DNA from: Eledone cirrhosa
Taxonomy: Eukaryota
Length of the DNA: 64,000 nucleotides
Reading direction: 5' to 3'
Assembly (NCBI GenBank): GCA_964016885.1
Contig: OZ024749.1
Location: 27,404,001-27,468,000, forward strand
The position numbers and the translations under genes are program-made. The notes under the pieces were generated by a model. It saw only the letters and a list, made by a program, of their open reading frames with translations, searched no databases and was not told where the DNA came from. This document shows, piece by piece, positions 1 through 13,348 of this stretch (its first letter is position 1; every line of letters starts with the position of its first letter).

Positions 1-363
1 CTCAATCATAGGACACAATGAAGGGTACTGGAGTTTCCCTCATAATTATTGAGGCAAGTTAACATACATGCAGTACTTTAGCAGGTGATAGCGAGGCTAA
101 GAAGCTGGAATGACCAAGCACCCTCATTGGCATCGCCTGATCTGTCGGTAATGTGACCTACTAACAATGACAAGAACCTTTGTCAAGGGTGCAGCTCCCT
201 CAGTTATATCAAATAGCATAGAATGGAGAGATTAGTTTACTGTTAATTCTTGGTATTTTTTAATTACATTTCCCACTAATCCCCATATCTAGATTTTATA
301 TATACATATGAGTGTGTGTGTTTGTGTGTATAAATGGAGGCACACATATATATATATATATAT

Positions 364-700
364 GGAAGCACATGGCTTAGTGGTTAGAGCATTGGCCTTG
401 CAATCGAAAGGTTGTGAGTTCAATTCTCAGACCGGGTGATGTGTTGTTTCCTTGAGCAAGACACTTTATTTCACATTGCTCCAGTTTACTCAGCTGTAGA
501 AATGAGATGATAGGGACTGGGGTCCATATCATTCCACTGCAAAGTGGTCGTGAAGGGGCCACGGCAAAAAAGCACCCAGCACTCACTGTAGATGAGGTTG
601 GTGTTAGGAAGGGCATCCAGCTGTAGAAATCAAGCCAGAATCAGTTCCCGTCCCACCCTTGCAAGCAGGGAAAAGCAGACGTAAAAAGATGATGATGATG

Positions 701-706
<6 letters not shown>
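364..706 (+). mobile_element. tRNA-derived SINE family A with RTE-type tail
   Basis: A box TGGCTTAGTGG, B box GTTCAATTC, CORE-like ccttgagcaagacactt, tail ending (GAT)n; near-identical copies elsewhere in the window. Confidence 0.9.
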
Positions 707-743
<37 letters not shown>

Positions 744-778
744 GTATATATATATATATATAAATGTATATATATATA

Positions 779-1750
779 TACCACCATTTTTAATGAATGT
801 TTAACTCCATTCCTGCACCAGGCACAGGATACCACATCTATGATGGATGATCTACATAGCGTTGAATGCTTTAATTTATTGCATCATCATTTACTAACCC
901 AAATCACCAGTTCTACCCATTGGTAAACAATATAACAAATGGTATACATATATACACACACAATATATATATACATATATATATACAATATATTGAGAAA
1001 CACACAGATACATGCGGACACACACATATACATGAATATATCCACATCCATCCTTGAGTTAATGGTGCCAACCTTAACCGATGTTGCTCTATGAATAACT
1101 GGGACAAACCAATCCGAATATATACATTTATATATATATATGATACTGGTTCAGTCTAATCCATTCGGATTGGTTTGTCCCAGTTATTCATAGAGCAACA
1201 TCGGTTAAGGTTGGCACCATTAACTCAAGGTTGGATGTGGATATATTCATGTATATGTGTGTGTCCGCATGTATCTGTGTGTTTCTCAATATATTGTATA
1301 TATATATGTATATATATAATGTGTGTGTATATATGTATACCATTTGTTATATTGTTTACCAATGGGTAGAACTGGTGATTTGGGTTAGTAAATGATGATG
1401 CAATAAATTAAAGCATTCAACGCTATGTAGATCATCCATCATAGATGTGGTATCCTGTGCCTGGTGCAGGAATGGAGTTAAACATTCATTAAAAATGGTG
1501 GTATTGTATTGGGGGATGGTTTCCTGTTACCACAACACTAAATTGGCAAGCCATCCAAATCTATCCTCTATTTTCTGTTCTGTTTGTGTTCTGTGTTAAC
1601 TAATTCTGCAATCAACACCTGATGAAATCGTCTATGTCTTGCATCATGATTGGATGATGAAACTGGGCCATTGAAATATGTATATTGTTTCACGGAATTA
1701 AAATTTTATAGAAAGATTCCAGTGAGGCCTTCTGTTGTTTTTTTTAATGA
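779..1750 (+). mobile_element. PLE-type 3' end with a 341-bp inverted duplication (arms 779-1119 and 1163-1503), in (TA)n
   Basis: near-identical inverted arms, hammerhead-like motif near the 3' end, TA runs on both sides. Confidence 0.65.
1613..1690 (+). ncRNA. decayed minimal hammerhead ribozyme at a PLE-type 3' end
   Basis: CTGATGA 1619-1625, extended stem II, GAAA tatgta TA at 1673-1684; stem I imperfect; related partial copy on the minus strand near 13385-13440. Confidence 0.55.
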
Positions 1751-1787
<37 letters not shown>

Positions 1788-2119
1788 TATGTGTGTGAGT
1801 GTGTATATGTGTATATATATATATGTATATAAGTGGAAGCTTAGTAAAATCGAAGCTTTGGCTGCGGCCAAGCAAAATAGACCTACAATTAGGAATGACT
1901 AGCAAAGCACTCAATAAGGGTAGGCCCTTAGAGTAATAACATTACGTTTAGATAGCTTGACAAATTGAAAATTGCAGCAGGCAAAACCCAGCCATACAAT
2001 ACCAAAACAACGAAAAAACTAATCAGGTTAGACAACAGATATATATAGTTGAAAATGGATGAACAAAACACAGGAGGTAAATGATGATGATGTATGTATG
2101 TATATATGTATGTATGTAT

Positions 2120-2667
2120 GTCATGGTCGGGTCGTTGGCGACTAAACTGGCAACCCCACCAAGGTTTCTTGGTGAGGAGGGTGACTTTGGACATCCTGCA
2201 GGACTAAAAACAAAACCTGTCAAAGGGCAAAGGAACTCTTAAGAGTCATGGCCATCCAAAATCACTGGGAGAGATGACCCCTTAGCCTTTGTCAAGGCAG
2301 AATTCTAAGAGAAGGAAAACTCTGATATAACACCTGCAACCCTGATGGTATCCAATGATGTTGACTTGTTCTTCTTTTTGGTAAATATCATCTTGGTTAA
2401 GAGAGTGGGACTGGCTTTGTGCAGTGCCTTTGCTCACTATAAAAGCTTCACGGCACAGGCATTGCTTTATATCTGGAGATCTCTCTGCACTTGTCGTCAC
2501 ATGGTACCATGGGCCCAGCACTATGTGTCAATAATTGTCGCAAGTGTAGTATTTGTACCAGAGTTTTCAAGTCGCTGGCTGGACTAAAAAGTCACACGCA
2601 TCGGTAGGGGTTCTCCTACTTGGATATAAAGTAGTGGCCGTACTCGAAAACGAGTTGGCAGACACCG
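2120..2667 (+). mobile_element. LINE-derived (RTE-like) short element; 3' part repeated at 40672-40880 on the minus strand
   Basis: 3' part encodes C2H2-like CSICTRVFKSLAGLKSH and recurs in ELP3 intron 4; 5' part has gagaaggaaaactctgat, reminiscent of RTE 5' UTRs. Confidence 0.55.
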
Positions 2668-2706
2668 TGTGTGTGTGTCTGTGTGTGTGTGTGTCTGTGT
2701 GTGTGT

Positions 2707-2764
<58 letters not shown>

Positions 2765-2998
2765 TTTGTTATCAATTTCACCTCCACTGCAGGATATTTA
2801 GACAAAGTTGAATTGATTGAAAGCAGTAGTTACCAGACTATTTGACTGTTAGTAAGTAGAAACTAGAAACTACAGTTCTCAACTAGGGACGTATATATAA
2901 GGTTTCATGTGTGCCTGTGTGGTTAAATAATTTCGTACATATATATATATATATATATACACACATACATATAGACACAGGTGCAGATCAGTGTGACT

Positions 2999-3041
<43 letters not shown>

Positions 3042-3149
3042 TATACACACATATATATGCTATATATATACATATTACACACACATATATTTGCGTGTAT
3101 ATATATATGTATATACATATTACACACATACCACATATATTACACACAT

Positions 3150-3190
<41 letters not shown>

Positions 3191-3398
3191 AAGGAAAAGC
3201 GAAGTAGTTTCAGATGTTCAAGTCCTTTAATAATAATGCTGTGATATATATTTAAAAAAATATATATCACAGCATTATTATTAAAGGACTTGAACATCTG
3301 AAACTACTTCGCTTTTCCTTATTCGATATTTACTCCGTCACTCCTATGTGGAAAAAGTAAGTTGAGTGCTTGAATTGAATTTCATCAATATTTACCCT

Positions 3399-3437
<39 letters not shown>

Positions 3438-3699
3438 TAACAAAGGAAATGTGGTAAGGAACCAGGTGGACCATAACGCACCAAAGTACTCAATACTTAG
3501 GGTAGTAGAGTGGGTAATAGGAACAAGTAAGACTGTACAGAATTAGCCGTCGAAACGGCTTGAGCTCAGCCGTCGGAGTCTTACTTGTTCCTATATATAT
3601 ACATATGTATATATTTCAATATTTTAAAAGTGGGTAGAGGAAGTCTTAATTATTCCAGCAGTGATCTGACATAGAAAACATTGAAGTGTTTTCAATAAC

Positions 3700-4360
3700 A
3701 CAGAAGTGTACCAACAGTGTACACTATACAGTATACTAACAGTGTAAATTTCAATAGATCAGCAGTGTGTACTTCAATAAACCAGCAGTATATACTTCAA
3801 TTTACCAACAGTGTACATTTCAATAAACCAGCAATGTATACTTCAATAGATCAACAGTGTACACTTTAATAGATCAAGTGTACACTTCGTTAAACGAAGA
3901 GTGTACACTACAATAGACCTGCAATGTACACTTCATTAAACCAGCAGTGTACACTTCAGCTGACCAACAGTGTATACTTCATTAAACCAGAGGTGTACAT
4001 TTCATTAAACCAGCAGTGTACACTTCATTAAACCAGCAGTGTACACTTCATTGAACCAGCAGTGTAGACTTCATTAGGCCAGCAGTGTACACTTCATTAA
4101 ACCACCAGTGTACACTTCATTAAACCAGCAGTGTACACTTCATTAAACCAGCAGTGTACACTTCATTAAACCAGCAGTGTACACTTCATTAAACCACCAG
4201 TGTACACTTCATTAGACCACCAGTGTACACTTCATTAGACCACCAGTGTACACTTCAATAGATGAGCAGTGTACACTTCAATAAACCAACAGTGTACAGT
4301 GCAATAGACTGACAGTGTACACTTCAATAAACCAACAGTGTACACTACAATAGACTAGTT
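3700..4360. repeat. 23-bp minisatellite (cagtgtacacttcattaaaccag)
   Basis: direct tandem repetition, homogeneous in the centre and decayed at the edges. Confidence 0.93.
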
Positions 4361-4521
4361 GATGTAGAAAACACTGCAGTGTGTGGTGTTTGATACACTG
4401 TCACAGCCTGTAGTTCTCCATTGATGTAAGGCCACAGGGATTAGTATCAACATGGAAATGTGTTTATACAGAATACAGAAAACTGAAACCATATTTCATA
4501 TTTACATACTTATATATATAT

Positions 4522-4703
4522 AACTGTTTCTACTTTAGGCACAAGGCCAGCAATTACCCAGTGCATTACTGGTACTTTATTTTATCGACCCCGTAAGGAT
4601 GAAAGGCAAAGTCAACCTCGGCGGGATTTGAACTCAGATCGTAAAGGGACGTAACTATGCTGGAAAGCATGGCGTCCGACCCTCTACCGATACTGCCAAT
4701 CCA
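4522..4703 (-). mobile_element. SINE family B
   Basis: reverse complement of the 10265-10440 family. Confidence 0.85.
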
Positions 4704-5378
4704 TATATATAACAGAGACAAGATATAAGACAAAGGTGCCTCAAACACAGGCTCTCTCGCTGTCTCCAAGGACAAGATATATGATAAAAGTGTCTCAAAC
4801 ACAATGTCTCTCAGCTTCTGTGACTTTGAGTGTCACTAGCAAAAGTAAAACAATTTCAACAGTGCCTAGGTAACAAACAGGTGACACCATCGAAAAGAGG
4901 CGAGCCTGAAGCTAATTAGGAATCCTTGGGCATCATAGCTAAAAACCACCAAGATTAGTTTAACTTTTGTGATTCCAAGCAGCCCCTGGTTCTATGATAC
5001 AAAACTCTTTGTTTAAAGTATTTGTATTTATCTAAAAAAAAAAATAATAACTTTCCATTATGATTTTATGTAAGAAAATATGTTTCAAAGACCAGCTTAA
5101 AAATTCTTGATTATTTTCAAAATTATTTGAAAGTTATGGCTATTGTGTTTCATTAGAAATATGGTAACCAAATGGTTAATGCTTACGAAAATGACAAGAA
5201 TAAATATACAAGTTCAGCTTGCCAACAAGCAAAGGCTGCAAACAACACAAGCAAAGGCTGCAAACAACACAAAGAAACAAACACAAAGAAACAAACACAA
5301 TAAGAGTTTGAAAGCTAAAATTATGGGTTAGACTTGTGGGTCCTAAGACGAGCTTCTCCATTTTGTCATATCGACAGC

Positions 5379-5420
<42 letters not shown>

Positions 5421-6077
5421 ATTTAGTGGTAAAGAAGTCATTAATTACATATACACACCACACGGATTAACTGAATATATTGGTGATATTCACACACATA
5501 TATATATATATATTATTTAGAGAGAGAGAAGAGCAATTGTTAAAATGTAATAAAAACACTACAAATTCAATTGGTAGAAAATATATATTAAAATATTAAA
5601 ATCAGATCTTTGTAAATATATCTTATTGTGTGCATGTTCATCTGTGATGTATATTAAAGATAAATATAAATACAAGCTTCTATATAATCACATTATATAT
5701 ATATCTATATATAATTGCATTATTGATCTTTTATAATATCAATCAGTTGAACGAGTCCATATCAGCAATGGGAAAACTTATATAGTGTCTGTAAGAGGTG
5801 GGGAATGATTGAGGTGTGTGTATTTTGACATGTTTTATAAAGGTTAAATACACTGGGTTTTATATGTGGTTAACTGCACTCATCATATAAATACGTTAAA
5901 TATAGTTAGCAGACCTTTTGTGTGTGCTAGTTACAGGAACATTGATAAGTGGCTGTGTGTGGGAGGGATTGTTTCTTGGCTTAATTATATATCAGTGTGA
6001 CTGTCACCAAGTTTAAGACCCTGTCTGAGGCACGTCTTGTACATAACTTCTTGAGTATATTTATAGCCGAGAGTAAA

Positions 6078-6117
<40 letters not shown>

Positions 6118-6158
6118 ATAAAATAAGATGCTGAGGTTACATATATTGTTTAATCATT

Positions 6159-6208
<50 letters not shown>

Positions 6209-6672
6209 GTTTGTGGGTGCTTAACCTATGCATGTGTGTGATCGGATACAAATATATGTACATGTATAAAAATCAGAATGTAAACCAACAATTATAATTA
6301 ACGCTCATATTAATTAATCTTCATCACAATTATCATCTTCATATTTAAAAACAATTCTGTTTAACCATTAATTTTACTTAAGGTGGGTTTAAAGAAATAA
6401 TTTTACAAACACACATTAATGCTGTCTCTCACACATTCAAACAAACACACACGCACACAAACATAGATACATACATGCATATATTTATATATGTATACAC
6501 ACACACCAGTTGCTACATATATGTAGATGTGTGTGTGTATTTAATCACGTACCTAATGAACGCGCACACACACTCTTACTGAAACACATATTCATATACA
6601 AAATGTTACATCGGTGTGTTATTTTCTATTTTTTTAATGCAAATGAAAATAAAAATTATCACACATACACAC

Positions 6673-6713
<41 letters not shown>

Positions 6714-6753
6714 CTGTTAATATAAAACACACACATCCTTTCCTCTCTCACTC

Positions 6754-7143
6754 TTAATACAATAATCCATGTAAAAGTTCCACTTGGTTCCAGGCAGATG
6801 TGACGGCGTATATACAGGATCCAGGGTCTTGCGAAGATCCTTGTGCTAGGATGAGTCCGTGGGCCAATAAATAGCCGACCAGCAAGTCTGAATCATGTAC
6901 TGCAATTAAGGTATCATTGCGTACCTGCAACAATCTGTAGGTTTTACCGTCCATAGTCACCGAACTTACTGGATGTGTCGAGGTCTTGGGAAAACATTTA
7001 TAAAGAGTCGCAATTTCTTTCGGAGTTAAATCTAGCGGCTCTCCGAAATTAGAAAGAATCTGTCCTTCCAAATCGTACACAGCGACTTGTTTGATTTTTT
7101 TAGATTGTTTTAATATTTGAACGATTTTTGTTGACCAAGACAT
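6754..7143 (-). CDS. divergent profilin-family protein (profilin-4-like), 129 aa, intronless
   Basis: profilin-sized ORF starting MSW, with VAVYDLEGQ (beta1-beta2, DG turn), LTPKEIATL helix, VTMDGKTYRLL (matches profilin G-x-KY-hydrophobic) and a C-terminal PGSCIYAV helix; aaaATG context; high-complexity island in low-complexity DNA. Confidence 0.78.
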   Translation of the reverse strand: MSWSTKIVQILKQSKKIKQVAVYDLEGQILSNFGEPLDLTPKEIATLYKCFPKTSTHPVSSVTMDGKTYRLLQVRNDTLIAVHDSDLLVGYLLAHGLILAQGSSQDPGSCIYAVTSAWNQVELLHGLLY

Positions 7144-8239
7144 TTTGGAGTCGTTTATAATTAATTATTAGTTGGGCTTGGTCTCGTTTCTTGTTCAATT
7201 ATTGATTTTTTTTTTTTACCACAATCACAACACAACTTTTTTGCTCTGTTTGTTTCAACCAAGCTCTCCTTTATATTTACAAATCATTTTTATATTTCCT
7301 TGTTTTTTTCATTTATTATAATAATAATTTCTTTTCCTTCCTTGAAGTGTAATCTATTTTTTCTTCAATATATATATATATATTCAATTATTTTCGGTTG
7401 AGTTGCAACTCCTGCTACACATCTTTCCTTTTCTATATGCTTTCTCTTCAGGTGTTATATATATATTGTGGTCCTTTTTCTTTGTTATTATAAGTTGCTC
7501 AGAATTATAATTTTATTATATATATATACACACAGAGGCCTGTTCTGTCGCAACAAATACATTCGTTTCTGTTTTAAATTATATAATATATACATATACT
7601 ATAGAAGTAGTTCCACAACAGTTAATATATCATTTCCGAGAACAATTTGATTCACCTCAAATGGATCATTATATATGTATATATGCATATATTACTAATT
7701 GTTACAATTATAGTATATATATATATATATAAAACTATGTTGACAATCTTTTAATAATGTCTTCCTTGTGATATTTGTGGTCTTGTTTTGCTTAACTAAT
7801 GAATATATAAATATATATATATATTTATATTTATATCTCACGTAATGAACGTGTGTATGTGTATTGTTTCCCCAACAATGTATCTTCTGTTATCAAGGAC
7901 ATGTCAACTCCGCTTCTCGTTTGGATGTTTTACTGATAAATCCGAAATGTCAAACTGAAGTTGTGAACACAAGAAAGAAAAAATACATATACATCGGAAT
8001 CCGACAGAATTTGTATTGAAAAGGAATATGCATATATATGAGTGTAAATATGTGTGTGTGTGTTTGTATATATATATATATTATTATTATTAGAAACAAT
8101 TATTATATATGTATGTAGTTCGGAGATTGGGATAGAAGAAGACGAGGGTGGGGTGGGGTCAATTATGAATCGTTAAACATTTTCTTCGGCAACAGTAAGA
8201 CGACATAACTTTTGATTCGCGTTACACTTGAGGGGGAAA

Positions 8240-9254
8240 GAATTTAGGGTGAGAACAACATAGATAGAGTAACGTGACAATGGAGGGAAGGCAGAGAAAG
8301 AGTATAGTAATAAAGGAGAAAGAGTTAAGTGATGAGGGAGGGGCAACGGAAAAGGGTAAAGTGATAAGGGAGGAATAACAGAGAAAGAGAAAAGTGATGC
8401 GGGAGAGGTAACAGAGAAAGAGTAAAATTATAAGGGAAGGGAAACAGAAAGAGTAAAATGATAAGGGAGGGAAAACGGAGAAAGAGTAAAATGATAAGGG
8501 AGGAGAAACAGAAAGAGTAAAATGATAAGGGAGGGGCAACAGAGAAAGAGGAAAGTAATGAGGGAGGGTTAAAAGAGAAAAACTAAATTATGGAGGGAGG
8601 GGTAACAGAGAAAGAGTTAAATTATAAGGGAGTGGTAACAGAAAGGTTGTATTCAGATGTGTGTGACAGAGAGAGGAAGAACTAATAAGAGAGTATGAGG
8701 TGAAAAAGGGAGAAGTGACAAAGAGGAGGACTAACATTAAATATAGAGAAAGAAAGAGAGAGAGATAGAGAGACAATGGATTAATAGTAATTGAATGTGA
8801 TAGAGAGGTTGGAATGTGATGGAGGGTGAAAGAATGACTTTTAGAGGAAGAGAAAGAGGGAGAGAGAATGTAAGAGGATGAGGATGGAGTTAGAAGAAGA
8901 GAAAGAGAAGGCGAACAAAATAACGTGTTCAGTTAAAGAGAGAGAGAGAAGTAAAGAAAGGTGTAATTTGAGGGAGAAGGAATAAAAATAAACTGCAGAT
9001 GGAAAGAGAGAGACAGAGAATGGTGAGGAGTAGAGCAAGAAAAGAACATGAGGGTGAAAGAGAGTGACAAAGAGAAAAGAGACGATAAAATAAGGAGGGG
9101 GCAGGGAGAGAATAAAAGAGAGAGAGAGAATGGTGAGGAGACAGAGAAAGAAAAGAAAAGAGACGACAAAAGAAGAGGGGAAGGGGCAGAAACAGAATAA
9201 AAGAGATAGATAAAGAGAATGTGAGAGAGAGGGAGGTGCAGCTTGAATATATAT

Positions 9255-9299
<45 letters not shown>

Positions 9300-9310
9300 G
9301 CAGCTTGAAT
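8240..9310. repeat. purine-rich low-complexity tract with about 31-bp repeats and (GA)n
   Basis: ataagggagg...acagagaaagagtaaaatg repeats, then (GA)n. Confidence 0.85.
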
Positions 9311-9503
9311 AAACAGGAGGAAAAAGGCGGAAAAAGTTAGGTTTTCAACAAGTTAATACAATAAAGTTTTCTTGTGAAACAAGTTAAAGCGGAGTTGCGT
9401 GGGAAGGGATTAGGCGTTGGCATGAAAGGGAGGTAATTCTCAGACACACTTCGTCAATTGTCATTGGATACAGGCCTACAGACACGCACACACACATCAT
9501 ACA

Positions 9504-9599
<96 letters not shown>

Positions 9600-10000
9600 A
9601 AATTTAAAAGATTGTGTAAAATACCCCTATAGACAGAAACAAAGTTACCCGATTTTCTAAAACTTATTTATAGCGATCGACTACTGTTGCAGTTGTTTTC
9701 TGTATTTTCAAATGTTAAATTTCATCCAGCGCTTCGATAATTCATAGGATTTAAACACACACACAAATATATATATATATATATAAAATATTAAAAAAAT
9801 AATGAATAAAACAATTGTTTTAAAATGAATAAAACAATTGTTTTATTCATTATTTTTTTAATATTTTATCTTGACTCTGTATTCCGTTTATCTTTCACCG
9901 AAAGTGATTTTTGAATGCATCTCTTCTTTCCATGATATCCGGATTACATTGAGTTCTTCATACGGATTGGACACTACCGTAAACTTTTGGTAGATTTATC

Positions 10001-10050
<50 letters not shown>

Positions 10051-10056
<6 letters not shown>

Positions 10057-10263
10057 ATATTAATAAATGGAAACTATATTTATGAAACCATATTTATTTT
10101 ATTATACATATTTCAAGGGCAACCAAGGCAAATTATGGTGCGCTTTCATCAGATAAAATACAGATGAAAGCGCACCATAATTTGCCTTGGTTGCCCTTGA
10201 AATATGTATAATAAAATAAATATGGTTTTATAAATATAGTTTCCATTTATTAATATATTGTAT
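10051..10263. mobile_element. about 210-bp palindromic PLE-type end (family Y)
   Basis: arms 10051-10150 and 10163-10263 are reverse complements; the same sequence occurs at 14650-14762 and 32426-32540. Confidence 0.75.
10095..10160 (-). ncRNA. minimal type I hammerhead ribozyme (family Y)
   Basis: minus strand reads tattttat CTGATGA aagcgcacca...gccctt GAAA tatgta TA ataaaata. Confidence 0.8.
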
Positions 10264-10264
10264 A

Positions 10265-10440
10265 GGTGGTGGATTGGCAGTATCGGTAGAGGGTCAGACG
10301 CATAGAGTTACGGCCTTTGCCATTCTGAGTTCAAATCCCGCCAAGGTTAACTTTGCCTTTCATCCTTATGGGGTCGATAAAATAAAGTACCAGTAATACA
10401 CTGGGTAATTGCCGGCCTTGTGCCAAAAGTAGAAACAATT
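10265..10440 (+). mobile_element. tRNA-derived SINE family B
   Basis: A box TGGCAGTATCGG, B box GTTCAAATCC, body aactttgcctttcatccttatggggtcgataaaataaagtaccag, tail ggccttgtgccaaaagtagaaac. Confidence 0.88.
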
Positions 10441-10749
10441 AATATATTGTATATTTACTCCACTAAATTGTTCAATGCTTTATATCAGATTTTAAAATGT
10501 TTAAGCTTGTTGAATCCCAACAAATTAAATATAACCTCTGCATATATATATATAGAGAGAGGGGGGGGGGGGGGGGTTAAAAACCATTATTTGATGAAAG
10601 GATTGATTTCCCATTATTACTTTGGTTTATATATATATATGTAATTATACTTAACTCGTCCTATGGACGGAGTGATCTTACCCTTGGATATTTCTACCAA
10701 ACTTATACTACAGTATATATGTGTGTGTGTGTGTGTGTGTGCGTGTGTA

Positions 10750-13205
10750 AAAGGTAAACAGAAATAACAACACAATCGGTACAGTATATGGAAGGGATAT
10801 ATTAAGTTAATGCTTGATATAACAGGAAGAGGGTCTTAAAGTTTCGGACGCTAGCCCTTCATTAGAAGAAAGAATGAGAAATAAGATAGATTGAGGGGAC
10901 GGGCGGGTTGGAATTGGAAAAAATGTCTTTAGATAAAAATAACAGGTCCATTCATGTTGACATCTCTTGCAAAAGTGTTGGTGCTGGCGTTAGCTGGATG
11001 ACTTCACTCATCTCAGTCGCCGGCAATCACATTGGCCAGTTCAGCACCCTCGACTCCTTTGTCGATACTTGCCGGCGTAGTGTGAATCGGTTCCGTTTCC
11101 ACCAGCATTCTCGTCGCTCTAACATCACGCGGACTGAGCTCTCCGCTCCTCGCAACCTTCGGCGTCGCGATGACATTGTCATCAAACCCGCTGACAAACG
11201 TGTCGCTGTGGTGGTTTGGAGTGCTGACCTCTATAGGCCTGAGGCTCTCCGCCAGCTTCACAATACCCCTTTTTACCGCCCTTTATCCTCCGACCCCACT
11301 CCTGGCTATCAACAACTCGTGTCCTCTACCATCCACGAGTTCATCTCCTCCTCTCTCCTACCCCCACAGCCACCAACTTTATTGTACGCACTTTTAGGAA
11401 ATAAATATCGGTGTACATGCAACATAATATAAAAGACAGTAAATACCGGTGTGTGTGTGGTAATAAAGTTTTTACTTCATGGAAGTCAAAAGGCATTAAA
11501 TATAAGGGTTTGTTACCCGATGGTCATAATACAAGGCTGAAGTTGGTAGAGACATCTTAGGCTCTCATCTCAGGCTGCAAGCTGCATTGTTCTTGGTAAC
11601 GAAAGGGACGTCCAGAAGGAATCACAAGCTATGGTCGAAGGTGTTACCACTTCAGGAATCAGGAGGCGAGAGAGAGATTTCGTGGTAAACCGCTCCTTTT
11701 ATATCTGTTGACCGGAAGTGACCACCAGGGAGTCTGGTCAATCCCAAAGGGAAGCAACTCCACCTACTTCCTGTCTAGAGAGCAGTGATGAGCTTGTCAT
11801 GGCAGGGGAGGCAACTCTTGCTACATTATCCCCCGCCAGATTTTTAAAACATAAAAATCGAAAGAAGCATGCATGGAGTAAGATGGCGAGCATGTAAGAG
11901 GCATGGAAACTATAGTACAGAGTAATGGAAGTAAGAGAAGAGGTCAAAAGTTCAAATATCTAAAATACAGTTAACATGTGTGCAGTCACATGACAGCAGT
12001 AAAGAATGTGTTCCAGAGAATGAATGCAGGTGGTTTCTGGTCTGTGGTATAACATGAAATGTCCAACTTCCGAAGGTAATTTCTCACAGGCAGAGTGCTG
12101 CAGAAATAAATTGTCTGACTTGTTCTGCTGGTTTTAGTTATTGATGAAGCTGTGTTGTTGTCGTTGATGTTGTGAATGCGTTGACCTGGAAGGGTCAAGA
12201 GGCCAGCGACCAGAGAAATAAGCATTCTTAATAAATGCGCGGTTATCAACGGTAAATTTACGTGGTAAATTTATAAACCGGCAAATAGAAGAATATAGCT
12301 TAAAATGTTCGTTGTAAAGGAAACGAAAAACATATATATACATCCAGTGAAGATTCTGCTATTTTTTCTTTTTTCGGGGTGACCACTTATAACAATGAAC
12401 GGCTGCGTGTTGGTATCACGTCGGGGTCACCAATATAGCGAAGATACTAGCGGTGTAAAACTGGGTTGTATGAATGTAACAAGGAGACATGCTTTGTGTG
12501 TATAATATTTAATCAACAATTTAACAGGATAGTTGACATGTCAATGAATAAACGAAAGAATGAAGCAAAGTTAGTAGTTACCGTTTTGATTGCTAGGCAA
12601 ACGCAGGCTGGCAGAAGACGCCTGGCGAAGGCCAGGCGCCGGAAGGGCTAATGAGAGGGTGAGAACTTAAAGTTGTTAGTTTTATAGGGTTCTGACCGGA
12701 TGTTACAGAAAGGGTTCTACTTCCCGTCTAGATGTTGTTAATCTATTGGGGTTGTGAGTCACAACAAGGGAGGCCACTGCTACACACTCCTCGCACACCC
12801 ACGATCTACTTCTTCCCCAAAATACACAAATAAAATAATCCCTGCCGTCCTATCGTTTCTGCGTGCAACTGCCCACCGAGATAATTTCTGAATATTTAGA
12901 CACCATCCTCGTCCCTTCCCACATCCATGATACAAATCATGCCCTTAGACTCTTCAACTCCTCCTTCCCTTCTGGTCCCGCCCGCCTTCTCTTTACCATG
13001 GACATCACCTCTGTCTATACCGTCAACCCTCATGATGACGATCTCCGCGCTCTCCAACATTTTTTTAGATTTACGCCCTACCCTTTACCCTAGCATTACC
13101 ACCCTTCTCCGTCTGGCTGAGCTTGTTCTCACCCTCAACGGCTTTTCTTTTTCGGGTGAATTTTATCAGCAGATCTCTGGGGTAGCGATGGGAACCAGAA
13201 TGGGT
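10750..13205 (+). mobile_element. decayed Penelope-like retroelement RT fragment with an upstream inverted pLTR, interrupted by an LTR element
   Basis: DIVIKPADKRVAVVVW (DKG region), TPRTPTIYFFPKIHK..RPIVSACNCPT, LFTMDITSVYT, FYQQISGVAMGTRMG; frameshifts and stops; decayed hammerhead (ctaatga agggc..gtcc gaaac) on the minus strand at 10840-10866. Confidence 0.88.
11393..12784 (-). mobile_element. non-coding LTR retroelement (TRIM-like, probably Gypsy-related): 5' LTR 12434-12784, PBS 12415-12432, PPT 11826-11839, 3' LTR 11393-11825
   Basis: both LTRs start TGTAGCA on the minus strand; PBS TGGTGACCCCGACGTGAT is the tRNA-Trp primer site; PPT ctggcgggggataa; CACT TSD at 11389-11392 and 12785-12788; removing the element restores the PLE frame (FIVRTPRTPT). 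Confidence 0.82.
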
Positions 13206-13294
13206 ATGACCTCATCAGGCAGTTAGTCAGTTCTTAGATATGCCAGCTCTGTGTTTATGGTGTTGATGGTATCAGAGCCTTGGGACATAAGTCG

Positions 13295-13348
<54 letters not shown>

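Noticed and set aside
377-616. Recurrent 79-aa [11 protein letters not shown]... (also 23564, 41991, 51386) as a gene family
   Set aside because: Antisense translation of SINE family A copies.
913-1369. Two near-identical 64-aa ORFs on opposite strands
   Set aside because: By-product of the 341-bp inverted duplication and its internal microsatellite.
3440-3594. Hammerhead in the repeat shared with 34484-34582 (agccgt-cgaa-acggct hairpin)
   Set aside because: Both copies read CCGACGG on the minus strand and lack a correctly placed GAAA/NUH; left as an unclassified repeat.
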